Source: an uncultured Desulfobacterales bacterium (lineage in GTDB: Bacteria > Desulfobacterota > Desulfobacteria > Desulfobacterales > C00003060). Taken from it: a DNA stretch of 64,000 nt. The translations under genes and the position numbers were made by a program. A model generated the notes under the pieces. That model saw only the letters and a list, made by a program, of their open reading frames with translations, ran no database searches and had not been told where the DNA came from. Positions 8,028-20,492 of this stretch are shown piece by piece. The DNA is taken from the NCBI GenBank assembly GCA_964440795.1, contig CAYTTQ010000003.1, forward strand, positions 9,307 through 73,306. Reading direction: 5' to 3'. How positions within the stretch are numbered: the first letter of the stretch is position 1; every line of letters begins with the position of its first letter.

Positions 8028-9919
8028 ATATAATGAGGAAACATGCCGGTTCCTGGTTGATTAAGGTGATCTTAGTCGTCATTGTGGTTGTGTTCGTTTT
8101 CTGGGGCGTGGGCAGTTACCGGTCTCGTCAAGAAACTCGTATCGCCGTAGTGAACGGGGAAGTCATCGCCCTGGAGGCCTATCGGAACGCCTACCAGCAG
8201 TTGGAAAATCAATATCGCCAACAGCTGGGTGACGCCATGAATCAAGACCTCATGAAGAACCTCAATCTCAAGGAACAAGCGTTGGATCAATTGATAAACC
8301 GCCGATTGATTCTCCAACAGGCCGAGCAGTTGGGACTCAAGGTAAACAATAACGAGTTGATAAGGGCCATTCAGGGTATTCCCGCCTTTCAAGAAAGCGG
8401 CCGTTTTGATTCGAGGCGGTATCAGCGTATGTTGGCAGTCAATCGAATGACCGCCGAGATGTTTGAAGAAAGTATGAGACAAGAACTCCTGATGGAAAAG
8501 ATGCGGGACATCGTTTTGGGTAATGTGAAGGTCTCGGAGGCTGAACTCCTGGAGAGATTCAAGTGGCAGGAGCGGAAGGTTCGTGTTGAGTACGTGGCAT
8601 TCAAGCCCGCCGCCTATGAGGCGGATTTGGAGATATCTTCGGAAGCTGTGGAGGCCTATTTCTCCGAGCACCGGAAATCGTATGAGACGCCCCCCAAGGT
8701 TAAGGCGGCGTATGTCCGTTTCGGTTTTGACGACTACCGCGATGAGATCGATATTTCTCGGGAGGAGGTACGGGCTCATTTTGAGCGTAATAAGGAGACC
8801 TATGGAACACCCAAAAAGGTTCGTGCCCGACATATCCTTTTTCAGCTGGAAGCCGGAGCCACGGCGGAAGAGCAGGAAGCGGCAAAGAACCGGGCCTGGG
8901 TGGTCATGGAAGAGGCCAAATCAGGTAAAGAGTTTGCTGAATTGGCCAAGAGATACTCTGACGATCCGGGGAGCAAGGACCAGGGAGGAGATCTCGGGTT
9001 CTTTGCGAAGGATCGCATGGTGAAGCCGTTTTCAGATGTTGCGTTTGCGATGGAGCCCGGTGAGATCAGCGAACCCGTTTTGACTCGGTTCGGATGGCAC
9101 ATCATCAAAGTGGAAGCGGTGCAGGAGGCTACGGCCCCTGACTTGGAGAAAGTGGCGGATGAGATCCGAGACCAGTTGGTCAAGGACGCGGCCAAACGCC
9201 TTGCCTATAACGAGGCCGAGAGGTTTTATGAGGCAGGTTATGGGGCCAGTCATATCAGGGACGTGTCGGTAACGGGCGACGTGGAGATCCGTGAAACCCC
9301 CTTTTTCGCCCGCAACGAACCGGTCCCCGGGATTGTTCAGGCGCAAGAATTCGCGCGGGTTGCATTTACGTTAGAGGATGGCCAGATCAGTGAACCGTTG
9401 GCCTTGTCCGACGGATATTATATTCTTGAGGTCACCAACCGGAAAGTGCCCCAAATCCCGCAATTTGAGTCGGTTCAAGATCAGGTGAGAAAAGATCTGG
9501 CCGGGGTTGAGGCGGCGGAAATGGCCCAACAAGAGGCGGCGGCATTTCTTCAGTCGGTAAAAGAGGCCACGGCATTTGAAACGGCTGCGAATACCTTCGG
9601 TGTGGCCCTCGAAGACACGGGGTTTTTCAAGCGATCCGATACCGTGCCCGGTATTGGACGGGCACGGTCGTTTGTGGAAACGGCTTTTTCGTTGGACGTC
9701 GAGGATCCCGTGGTCGACACCGTCGTTGAGGGTGGACAAGCCTACTATGTGATGCGGCTGAAGGCGCACCAGGCGGCCGACATGGAGGATTTTGAAGCCC
9801 GGAAGGCACAGATTGAGTCTAGACTTGTTTCGCAAAAGCGCCAGAAGCGGATGGAAGAATGGTTGGCTCAACTGCGACAACAGGGGGAAGTTTCCATAAA
9901 GAAAGGGTTTCTGGACTGA
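8021..9919 (+). CDS. ppiD: SurA_N domain / PpiD-type peptidyl-prolyl isomerase
   Basis: N-terminal MLNIMRK...VFVFWGVG anchor and a parvulin domain (ARHIL, FAELAKRYSDD, GGDLG, FGWHIIKV). Confidence 0.9.
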   Translation: MLNIMRKHAGSWLIKVILVVIVVVFVFWGVGSYRSRQETRIAVVNGEVIALEAYRNAYQQLENQYRQQLGDAMNQDLMKNLNLKEQALDQLINRRLILQQAEQLGLKVNNNELIRAIQGIPAFQESGRFDSRRYQRMLAVNRMTAEMFEESMRQELLMEKMRDIVLGNVKVSEAELLERFKWQERKVRVEYVAFKPAAYEADLEISSEAVEAYFSEHRKSYETPPKVKAAYVRFGFDDYRDEIDISREEVRAHFERNKETYGTPKKVRARHILFQLEAGATAEEQEAAKNRAWVVMEEAKSGKEFAELAKRYSDDPGSKDQGGDLGFFAKDRMVKPFSDVAFAMEPGEISEPVLTRFGWHIIKVEAVQEATAPDLEKVADEIRDQLVKDAAKRLAYNEAERFYEAGYGASHIRDVSVTGDVEIRETPFFARNEPVPGIVQAQEFARVAFTLEDGQISEPLALSDGYYILEVTNRKVPQIPQFESVQDQVRKDLAGVEAAEMAQQEAAAFLQSVKEATAFETAANTFGVALEDTGFFKRSDTVPGIGRARSFVETAFSLDVEDPVVDTVVEGGQAYYVMRLKAHQAADMEDFEARKAQIESRLVSQKRQKRMEEWLAQLRQQGEVSIKKGFLD

Positions 9920-10260
9920 TGCATGAAGTTACCATCGCCCAAGGTCTGATCAAGATGCTCGAAGAGGAAACGCAAAAACACGGGGCCAGTCGCATCAAGG
10001 AAGTGAATGTAAAGGTGGGCGCCCTTTCCAACTGTGTTCCAGACGCGTTGCTCTTTGCCTTTGAAACCTCCACCGTGGGGACGGTTGCGGAGGGAGCGAA
10101 GTTGAATATAGAGCACATCCCCGCCAGGGGGCGATGTGAGCGGTGCGATTTGGAGTTTGAAGTGGAGAGCGCCATCTTTATGTGTCCTGAGTGCAATCAG
10201 ATCGCATCGGAAATCATTTCGGGAAAGGAACTCGATCTGGTGGACTTTGAAGCGGAATAA
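9919..10260 (+). CDS. hypA: Hydrogenase nickel metallochaperone HypA
   Basis: MHE start, CERC and CPEC Zn motifs, SGKEL. Overlaps the ppiD stop (TGATG). Confidence 0.95.
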   Translation: MHEVTIAQGLIKMLEEETQKHGASRIKEVNVKVGALSNCVPDALLFAFETSTVGTVAEGAKLNIEHIPARGRCERCDLEFEVESAIFMCPECNQIASEIISGKELDLVDFEAE

Positions 10261-10337
10261 TCGCAGATAGACTGACAGGTTGCTAGCGTGATCTCCTTTG
10301 GGAAACCCGTCTCTCCGGCGCCTGCCGTTTGGAAAAC

Positions 10338-10523
10338 ATGAATTTCAAACTCAAGGATTTTTTCATTTCACTGCTCTTTGTGGCCGGGTTCCTCTCGGTT
10401 TACAAGCTTCTGGAGTCAGTGGTGCCGATGACCGGTAAATGGTCGTTCCTGTTTCCACTGGGCTTGATGATCGCCGGCCTAGCGGTAATTGTGCTGGTCA
10501 GCTGGTTTCTGAAGAAGCGGTAA
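10338..10523 (+). CDS. Small two-TM membrane protein
   Basis: Two hydrophobic helices and a basic C-terminus. Start is 10329 (TTG) or 10338. Confidence 0.55.
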   Translation: MNFKLKDFFISLLFVAGFLSVYKLLESVVPMTGKWSFLFPLGLMIAGLAVIVLVSWFLKKR

Positions 10524-10559
10524 TAGAACGGCGCGTCATGCCGACCCAAGATTCCCGGA

Positions 10560-13881
<3,322 letters not shown>

Positions 13882-13889
<8 letters not shown>

Positions 13890-15144
13890 GGTCGTTGCTG
13901 TCGAGTAAAGCGCCGAGGTTTTGCCAATTGAAGGGTATCACCCGGCCGTTTTTGATGATGGTCGGCCATACGGTATGACACGCTTGATGATCGTCTGGAC
14001 CGAAATGTAAAGGCTGTCCCAGGCCGATGTCGAAATCACCGAGTTGCTCAAGATGGGTCACGACGGCTTCTCGGGTCAGCTGTTCCCCAACACCAAGGGT
14101 GTTCAAGGCCCGCAGAAAAATGCGTGCCGTAATGTATCCTTCCAAGGAACCGAACGTTGGCTTTGCGGCGGGATCCCAGCCACGAAGGGCCCGGTGGTAT
14201 TCGGCAACAATGGGCAGGTCCGATTCGAAATGGGGAACCACTTGGGTGATAATCACGTTGTCCCCAAATTCCCCCAATTGTCCGGCCAGGGGCTTTCCCC
14301 CGACAAACGAGACATTCAGAAAAAGGGCGTCCAGACCGCTTTGTTTGGCAAGGGTGACGAACACGCCGCATGGCGCATAGGCCCCCACCATGATAACCGC
14401 CCGCGGTTGGGGGTTGGCGATGACCATATCCGCCAAGGCGTTTTCGACTGCCAATGTATTTCTCTCATATCGGCTATGGATAATTCGCGTCTCGTCGCCG
14501 AGTCCATGTGTCTTGAGAGCAGCCATGCCGCCGGTATAGCCTGCGTCTCCATAGGCGTCCCGCTGGGTGAAAAAGGCAATTTCGTTGGGTTTAAGTCCGC
14601 CAAACTCGATGAGGGCATTCACCATGGCACTGGTTTCCTCGGCATAACTTGCCCGATAGTTCAAGACATATCGGTCTGGCGGGTTCCTCCTCAGAACGCC
14701 GGCCCCGGTAAAGGCGCCGAAGAACGGGGTTTTACTTGCATTGGCGATGGGAATTGCGGCGACGGCCGTCGGGGTCCCCACATTTCCGATAACGGCAAGC
14801 ACCTGCTCTTCCTCAATCAACGTCCGCATGTTGGGTGCGGTGCGTGACGGTTCATAGCCGTCGTCAAGCGAAATCAGGGAAAACGCCTGCCCGCGAAATC
14901 CGCCTGCCCGATTGGCTTCACTTAAGGCACTCAAGACGCCCGCACGCATATTAATGCCCAAAATCGCGGCAGGACCGGTGAGTGCCGTAGACATTCCCAA
15001 CACGATGCCGTCCGCAGCTCCGGCCCGGCAGGGGGTGGCGAGCGGCAATCCGGTCAAAAAAATGGAGATGAGGATCCCAAAAAAAACCTGACGCCTCAGG
15101 CATTCGGGCAGATGGGAGGCTTTTGAGACGCCGGCCTTAAACAT
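13882..15144 (-). CDS. Periplasmic ligand-binding protein (LivJ/Peripla_BP_6-like)
   Basis: [25 protein letters not shown] and NYRASYAEE motifs. Start is uncertain (15144, 15156 or 15219). Stop overlaps the kinase start. Confidence 0.88.
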
Positions 15145-15286
15145 GCGTTGTCCCATCTGACGAATCGGTCCGGTGAGGGATTTTAGGTACTGGAAGACGA
15201 AAACAGTGCGGTCTTTCATAAGTCCTTTCGCCCAAGTATGTAAAGGCCCAAGTGGCGGAAACGCCGGGTTGACCTTGATAAAATAT

Positions 15287-15303
15287 GGCAAGATCCATGC
15301 CGC
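15287..15303 (-). promoter_or_regulatory. Putative sigma54 promoter of the binding-protein/kinase operon
   Basis: Minus strand CGGCATGGATCTTGCC, with GG and GC 10 nt apart. Confidence 0.55.
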
Positions 15304-15732
15304 TTTTTTTTGACGACGGGCGTCCGAAAGGACCGTGCATGCTGATCCGAGGGCTCGTCCGCGAAAGAGAGGAACTGCGTATGACCGTCGGCAGGGACCG
15401 TCAACGTGGTTAGGGCCTTATGCGCCGCTGGACGAATGCCGAAAGCACTTTGAAAAGCTCATCGGCACCGAGGTGCCATGGGAAAAGGGCAAGTTCGAGG
15501 ACTAACCCAGCCATTCACCCAGGGCAATTCCCCTTCATATCTCTCATCTCTTCCGCCATCTGTTAGCTCTAGGTACCTTCGGAGAAAATACCCCTTGCCA
15601 CAAAATTGCCGGCTTGTGAATCCTCCCACCTGTGTCCCGTCAACAAGAAACCTTGAAATTTGCCGCGAAGTTTGCTTAGCTATGAACGCTTGATTCCGAG
15701 CCGACCTAAACTGATCTGCGAAGGGTAATTCC

Positions 15733-16398
15733 ATGACACTTGTTGCCAAACCCGAAGGACGTGAGATAGTTTACCGTGTCAGTTTTGCCGAACCTATATT
15801 TAACCCATTTGAAGATAAACACTTCATGCCATTGCTCACGAGGATTAATAAAGACTTCGGCGTCCGGCTCAATGACATTACCATTAACAAAGGAGCACTA
15901 TCTGACGGGATCCTGGCCTTTTCAGTCTTTGAAGGGCGGACTTGGTTCCGAGTATCATATGGGGTCGAAGAAGTGACAGCAAGTATGGTGCACCCACAAA
16001 GCGAGGAACAAGTGGCTCGGCTATACTTCACGCTTTCTGAGTACTTCCGAACCCACAAGTTAGGGCGCCAGCAAATAACATTTAGATACCATTTGTCTCT
16101 AGAAACAGATGCAATTGAATACCTCAGATCCTTGAATCCTGACATTCCGCCCGGGTTCGAAGCTGAGCTAGAATCATCCGGCGTATCTTATGCGCTTAGA
16201 ATTCCTGAGGATGAACTATCTATCTACATATCACTCTCTGCATCATTATTGGTAGATGGGGGCTTATATTTTACTATCGATTATGATTTTGCTCCCAGCA
16301 TCCATGACTTTCGTGGTGCTTTGAAAGTTGCAGAGGAACGTCTAAATTTTGTACAGGGAGCATTAGGTATGAAAATCAAGGCGGGGGAGGGGGAATGA
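15733..16398 (+). CDS. Hypothetical protein, loosely TIGR04255-like
   Basis: 221-aa ORF with atypical AT-richer codons. Beta-rich pattern with central RQQITFRYHL and C-terminal LYFTIDYDF. The family resemblance is from memory only. Confidence 0.75.
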   Translation: MTLVAKPEGREIVYRVSFAEPIFNPFEDKHFMPLLTRINKDFGVRLNDITINKGALSDGILAFSVFEGRTWFRVSYGVEEVTASMVHPQSEEQVARLYFTLSEYFRTHKLGRQQITFRYHLSLETDAIEYLRSLNPDIPPGFEAELESSGVSYALRIPEDELSIYISLSASLLVDGGLYFTIDYDFAPSIHDFRGALKVAEERLNFVQGALGMKIKAGEGE

Positions 16399-16928
16399 CG
16401 GAAAAAAGACCGGAATTTTTGCCGGGGAATATATTCAATATAATGGAAAAACCTGAGATGTCTGAGTTGTTTCGGGCAATAACGCACTATCATGCATCAC
16501 CGCTGAGGGAATGGGTTGGGGGGACATTGGCCTCGGATGTGTCAGCGGCACGAGGCTTGCAAAATGAGGGGGTTCGGGAAAGACAAACTATCGGAAGAGC
16601 CCTGCTTGGCATAGCTAGCTTGAAGGGCTCACGTGAAGAGGTTGCAGGTTTGAGGAAACGGATTAACAACCTCGAAAAAGAAGTAGTTGAATTAAGGGGA
16701 ATTGTCGCGGCCCTTCAGAAGATTTCAGCCCAGGACACTGGGCCTGTTGTTGAATTGCGGGATATCTCCTACGAAGACGCTAAGGCTGAAATTACGCAAT
16801 ACTTTTCCGACCACCATGGTCAGGATTTGGATGCCGATGACATTCAAGATGCCCTACGAATAGATATAGATACTGTAATTCAGGTCTGCGAAGAATTGGA
16901 ACAAGAGGGGCAAATTCGAGGCCTATGA
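16395..16928 (+). CDS. Hypothetical protein, coiled coil plus C-terminal winged-HTH-like domain
   Basis: ATGA overlap with the upstream ORF. LRKRINNLEKEVVELRGIV heptads, then ISYEDAKAEITQYF...DIQDALRIDIDTVIQVCEELEQEGQI. Confidence 0.8.
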   Translation: MTEKRPEFLPGNIFNIMEKPEMSELFRAITHYHASPLREWVGGTLASDVSAARGLQNEGVRERQTIGRALLGIASLKGSREEVAGLRKRINNLEKEVVELRGIVAALQKISAQDTGPVVELRDISYEDAKAEITQYFSDHHGQDLDADDIQDALRIDIDTVIQVCEELEQEGQIRGL

Positions 16929-17122
16929 CAGACGAAGAATCTAGGCCGTGCCTTCGCAAGCAAGGTGATTGTATTGAAGGTGACAAGCTTTATATTCAGT
17001 GTAGGAAACCAGGTCAGTGGAAGAAGTTTCGCATGACCGAGCAACACCAAGGACATAAATGCAAAGCCGAAAAGAATGCCAGAGCGAGAATACTAAAAAA
17101 ATACACTAACATTCAGAATTGA
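16925..17122 (+). CDS. Small basic Cys-containing hypothetical protein
   Basis: ATGA overlap with the upstream ORF. 65 aa, 4 Cys, Lys/Arg rich. Confidence 0.55.
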   Translation: MTDEESRPCLRKQGDCIEGDKLYIQCRKPGQWKKFRMTEQHQGHKCKAEKNARARILKKYTNIQN

Positions 17123-17259
17123 GACCGGCCTCCACAGTCGCCTCCGACTTGCCCGGGCTTCCGTCCCGCTTCAGTTCGCGTGCCACTGCCGTTAAAAACT
17201 CACCAAAGGTCCCGTCCGACCGTCATCTCTTCCGACGTGGCTTCGCGGCCGACGGAGGT

Positions 17260-17334
17260 TGGTAGGCACGCGGGGATTTGAACCCCGGACCTCTACCGTG
17301 TCAAGGTAGCGCTCTCCCCCTGAGCTACGTGCCT
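17260..17334 (-). tRNA. tRNA-Val(GAC)
   Basis: AGGCACGTAGCTCAGGGGGAGAGCGCTACCTTGACACGGTAGAGGTCCGGGGTTCAAATCCCCGCGTGCCTACCA: cloverleaf, GAC anticodon, encoded CCA. Confidence 0.97.
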
Positions 17335-17454
17335 GCACAAAGTCATTCCATACCTTTGCTTTTGTGCCGCTGTCAAGTACTAAGGGCTCACGCAAAAATA
17401 ATTTCAGATTTTGCCATCTCGGCTTCAGCCCATCTTTGACCGATGCCTCATCAT

Positions 17455-18024
17455 TCAGGGCACAGGGTGGGTGTGTTCTTCCTGTAAAATGTTTAGGCCT
17501 CGGTAAATGTATTGCAATCCCGAGATGATGGTGAAACCGGTGGTGAACCAAAACACGGCGCATTTGATCTGACCAATTGGCGGTAGCTGGTAAGCCGCAA
17601 GTACGGTAGCTACGGTCGTGATTTGAGCAACCGTGGTCAGTTTGCTTAAAATGGACGGCTTGGCTTCGAAGCTTCGATCCATTATGTTTAACAATCCCAC
17701 GCCAAAAAGAATCAATACGTCTCTGGTGATGACAATAACGGTCACCCAACCGGGAATCATCCCCTGAATGGCCAGGGTGATGAACGCGGTTGTTAAGAGC
17801 AGCTTGTCTGCCGTGGGGTCAAGATAAGCCCCGAGCGTGGTTTTACGTCGGAATACGCGAGCAATGAAGCCGTCCAGGCCGTCGGTGACCGCGGCTAATG
17901 CAAAGAAAAACAGCGCCCACCCGAAGAGATGTCGAATCAGACAGATGGCAAAGATCGGGGTGATCAGTATCCGGGCAAGGGTTAATGCGTTGGGGGCATT
18001 TATCCGGAGCGTAATTTCTTTCAT
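17455..18024 (-). CDS. pgsA: CDP-alcohol phosphatidyltransferase (PgsA-like)
   Basis: PNALTLAR and TDGLDGFIAR...LGAYLDPTADK motifs. Confidence 0.88.
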   Translation of the reverse strand: MKEITLRINAPNALTLARILITPIFAICLIRHLFGWALFFFALAAVTDGLDGFIARVFRRKTTLGAYLDPTADKLLLTTAFITLAIQGMIPGWVTVIVITRDVLILFGVGLLNIMDRSFEAKPSILSKLTTVAQITTVATVLAAYQLPPIGQIKCAVFWFTTGFTIISGLQYIYRGLNILQEEHTHPVP

Positions 18025-18135
18025 GATCGCCGACGGCAGTCCGAATAGCTATTTACGATTATCCGAAATACGCAAGTTCATGCCACGAGGAGACCGCTCC
18101 TTCGGCTCATGGTTGACAAATAACCACTTAATCGT

Positions 18136-19413
18136 TTACCAAACCAAGGGCTCCGTTTCCATCGAATCTTGTTCCATCGATTCTTGGCGGTCTTCGACGG
18201 GGCCGTTTCCTTTGGGAGTCAGGCCAAGGGTTATCGTGTCCCGGCCGACCTCGAGGACGTTGATGCCAAAACGGTCGAAGTTCTTGAGCACCAATTCCTC
18301 CGCCAGTCCCTGAGCGGTACCCTGAATTTCTACATCGACGTGGGCTTCGTCCGTCCGGATTCCCCGCAAATAGACGTTTTTTGTCCCGGTAATATCCTCT
18401 TTGAGGGTTTTGCGTAACTGGACGAAATCGGCATATTTGTCAATCCCCGTCACCAACAGCTTAACTACCGAGGTTTGCCTGGTTTCCCCCCGCCAGCTTG
18501 CCGATACTTGTCTGATGAGTTCCGTGGCTATATCCGATGTGGCCAGACCCAAGGCCTTGGTTCCTGCAATCATTTCGTCATCGTGCACGGCCGCGTTAGA
18601 TGCCTGGAAGGAACCTATGGCGCTGCCGCTGTTCACCTGCAGCACGCGGAGCGACAGATGGGCTTCCACCGCGTGCATTCCTGTTCCAGAAACGTTTCCT
18701 GTTCGCTCGGCAACTGCAGTGCCCAGGACCGCGATGTCCGCGCCGACTTGTTCCGCCCAGCGAAGGGCCATTTCATCGCTCGGTCTGGTGGCCACAAAAG
18801 GTTCTGGGGCGGTCTCCCCGTTGTATCCCCCGTCCAGCCGCAAGACCGTAAAGTCCCGTCCTTCAAACGCCCGTCTTAACCCTGCTTCTACGGTTAGCAT
18901 GGGGTCCGTGACGGCGTCTTTTTGCCAGGTAAAGTGCGGCACTTGCCATCCTACGTTCTTTTCGGAAAGCAACAGTATGACCCTCGGCAGATCCTGGTCC
19001 GATGCCAGGATTCCTATGGACTCCAGTTTGTTGCGAAGCGTATTCGTCAATACCGTCACTTCCACGACGACTCGATACAACCTGCCGACTTTGGATTCGG
19101 TAAGGACCTTGTAATTTTGAATAAATGCATCCGACTGTGAAAAGATATGGGCACTGAGCGACTGGAAATGACTGACCACCGCCGTGGAGGACAATAAGCG
19201 CTGGGTTTCCTGTTCGACGGCATGCCACAGACCCGACTCGATTGCCTCATCCCTGGCAATGGCTACGTTGCCTCCATGGATCTTTCCCGTACCGACAGCC
19301 GACAACCGTTTAGTCATTTCCGACTGTTCCGCCCCTATAGCACCTGCAGGCCAAGCCAGGAAGGACGTCCCGATCAACAGGAAAAAAAATATACGCACTT
19401 TCAATAAAGACAT
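18136..19413 (-). CDS. Exported protein with a flagellar assembly protein T (FlgT) N-terminal-like domain
   Basis: Signal peptide, then AVGTGKIHGGNVAIARDEAIESGLWHAVEQ...FIQNYKVLTE...YRVVVEVTV. Confidence 0.7.
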   Translation of the reverse strand: MSLLKVRIFFFLLIGTSFLAWPAGAIGAEQSEMTKRLSAVGTGKIHGGNVAIARDEAIESGLWHAVEQETQRLLSSTAVVSHFQSLSAHIFSQSDAFIQNYKVLTESKVGRLYRVVVEVTVLTNTLRNKLESIGILASDQDLPRVILLLSEKNVGWQVPHFTWQKDAVTDPMLTVEAGLRRAFEGRDFTVLRLDGGYNGETAPEPFVATRPSDEMALRWAEQVGADIAVLGTAVAERTGNVSGTGMHAVEAHLSLRVLQVNSGSAIGSFQASNAAVHDDEMIAGTKALGLATSDIATELIRQVSASWRGETRQTSVVKLLVTGIDKYADFVQLRKTLKEDITGTKNVYLRGIRTDEAHVDVEIQGTAQGLAEELVLKNFDRFGINVLEVGRDTITLGLTPKGNGPVEDRQESMEQDSMETEPLVW

Positions 19414-19497
19414 GGTTTTGTACCTACCCTCAGCAAGGATGAAATCGTAAATCATCAAAATTCGACCCGGCGGCGTAACCTGATTTATGGATGGGTT

Positions 19498-20481
19498 CTA
19501 ATCTAAGACAATGGCTACCTTGCATTCTTTCAAAAACGCGAGATTCTTCGATCTTCCCTGAATGGTTGCCGCATCCGCGTTGCTGACCACGAAGTCGCAC
19601 CGGTACGGCCCCTGGGCTCGAAGGGCCCTGACCAGCAACGGCGTGTTTCCCAGCCTGGGGCAGGCTTTTCCCGCCTCCAGGTCATGAGTGTAAAAAACCA
19701 TCCCTTTCTGAACGGCAAATTCACGGCTTACATATGCGGGCCCATATACCTCCTGCCCATTTTCACTCCATATTTTCGGAGCCATGCATGGCCGGGCGGT
19801 CAGTCCCCGGGCATCAAGGAGGAGGCCGGTGTACGGCTTACTGCTTTCACCGAGGTTTGCAGGAGCGGATGGGTTCCCTGATCGTTGTCCCTCACCGGCA
19901 GGTGGGTTCAGCGTCCTGATTTGAGGCACCGGACGAATGTCCGACGGAAGCGCGAACTGGGCAAAGCCTCCTTTCATATTGAAGGCCAAGGTTAATTCCA
20001 CCACCCCGTTCGACAGGTATTCTCTCTTGACGACTTCCGCCTTACGGATCATGCCTTCAAGCTGATTACAAACCATGGACCCGTCTTGGGTAAGGTCGGA
20101 TATCCGATGAGACGAATCGATTCGCACGGATTGGATCGTCGAAAAGAGGTTGGAAAAAGACAGGGACTGCCTGTGAACAACATCGGTTTCCTTCGATTCT
20201 TCTCGGTGTTGCCGGTCTGGCTCGCCTAGGTCCGGCTCGGCTAGGTCCGGCTCGGCTAGGTCCGGCCCGGCTAGGTCCGGCCCGGCGATTTCGGTCACGT
20301 AGATGACCCACCGAGACCAATTGATGCGTCCCGAATCGAGTGATTCGACAACCTCCGCCGGTGATGCCGCTGAGCAATTCCAAGGTGCGGTGAATGCCAA
20401 AGCGACCAGGATTCCGACCTCTATTATCTTCACCTTTTTGACCCAAAGGATGGCTGAAAGCGCGTATCCGTTCTTTTTCAA
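19498..20481 (-). CDS. Exported LPP20-like hypothetical protein
   Basis: Signal-like N-terminus. GRINWS, YTGLLLDARGL, MAPKI..ENGQEVYG and LKECKVAIVLD. Confidence 0.7.
   Translation of the reverse strand: MKKNGYALSAILWVKKVKIIEVGILVALAFTAPWNCSAASPAEVVESLDSGRINWSRWVIYVTEIAGPDLAGPDLAEPDLAEPDLGEPDRQHREESKETDVVHRQSLSFSNLFSTIQSVRIDSSHRISDLTQDGSMVCNQLEGMIRKAEVVKREYLSNGVVELTLAFNMKGGFAQFALPSDIRPVPQIRTLNPPAGEGQRSGNPSAPANLGESSKPYTGLLLDARGLTARPCMAPKIWSENGQEVYGPAYVSREFAVQKGMVFYTHDLEAGKACPRLGNTPLLVRALRAQGPYRCDFVVSNADAATIQGRSKNLAFLKECKVAIVLD
20212..20286. repeat. In-frame 15-bp VNTR (4 full copies plus 1 degenerate)
   Basis: ctaggtccggc(t/c)cgg at 20226, 20241, 20256 and 20271, encoding GPDLA-GPDLA-EPDLA-EPDLG-EPD. 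Confidence 0.9.
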
Positions 20482-20492
20482 AAGTTCCTCTC

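Noticed and set aside
15315-15340. GTCC-GAAA-GGAC hairpin as a c-di-GMP-I riboswitch
   Set aside because: It lacks the flanking GGCAAAC and GACGCAAAGC segments and the P3 arm.
15300-15732. Duplicated tRNA-Val 3' end (attL/attR) and an integrase
   Set aside because: No copy of the tRNA 3' sequence and no recombinase ORF were found, so the cassette is not called an intact mobile element.
17123-17259. GC-rich imperfect palindromes between the cassette and tRNA-Val as a REP element or terminator
   Set aside because: No clean stem or U-tract could be defined, and the repeat family cannot be confirmed from this window alone.
20212-20286. Possible CRISPR-like repeat array
   Set aside because: The 15-bp units are contiguous with no spacers, are in-frame coding, and no cas genes are present.
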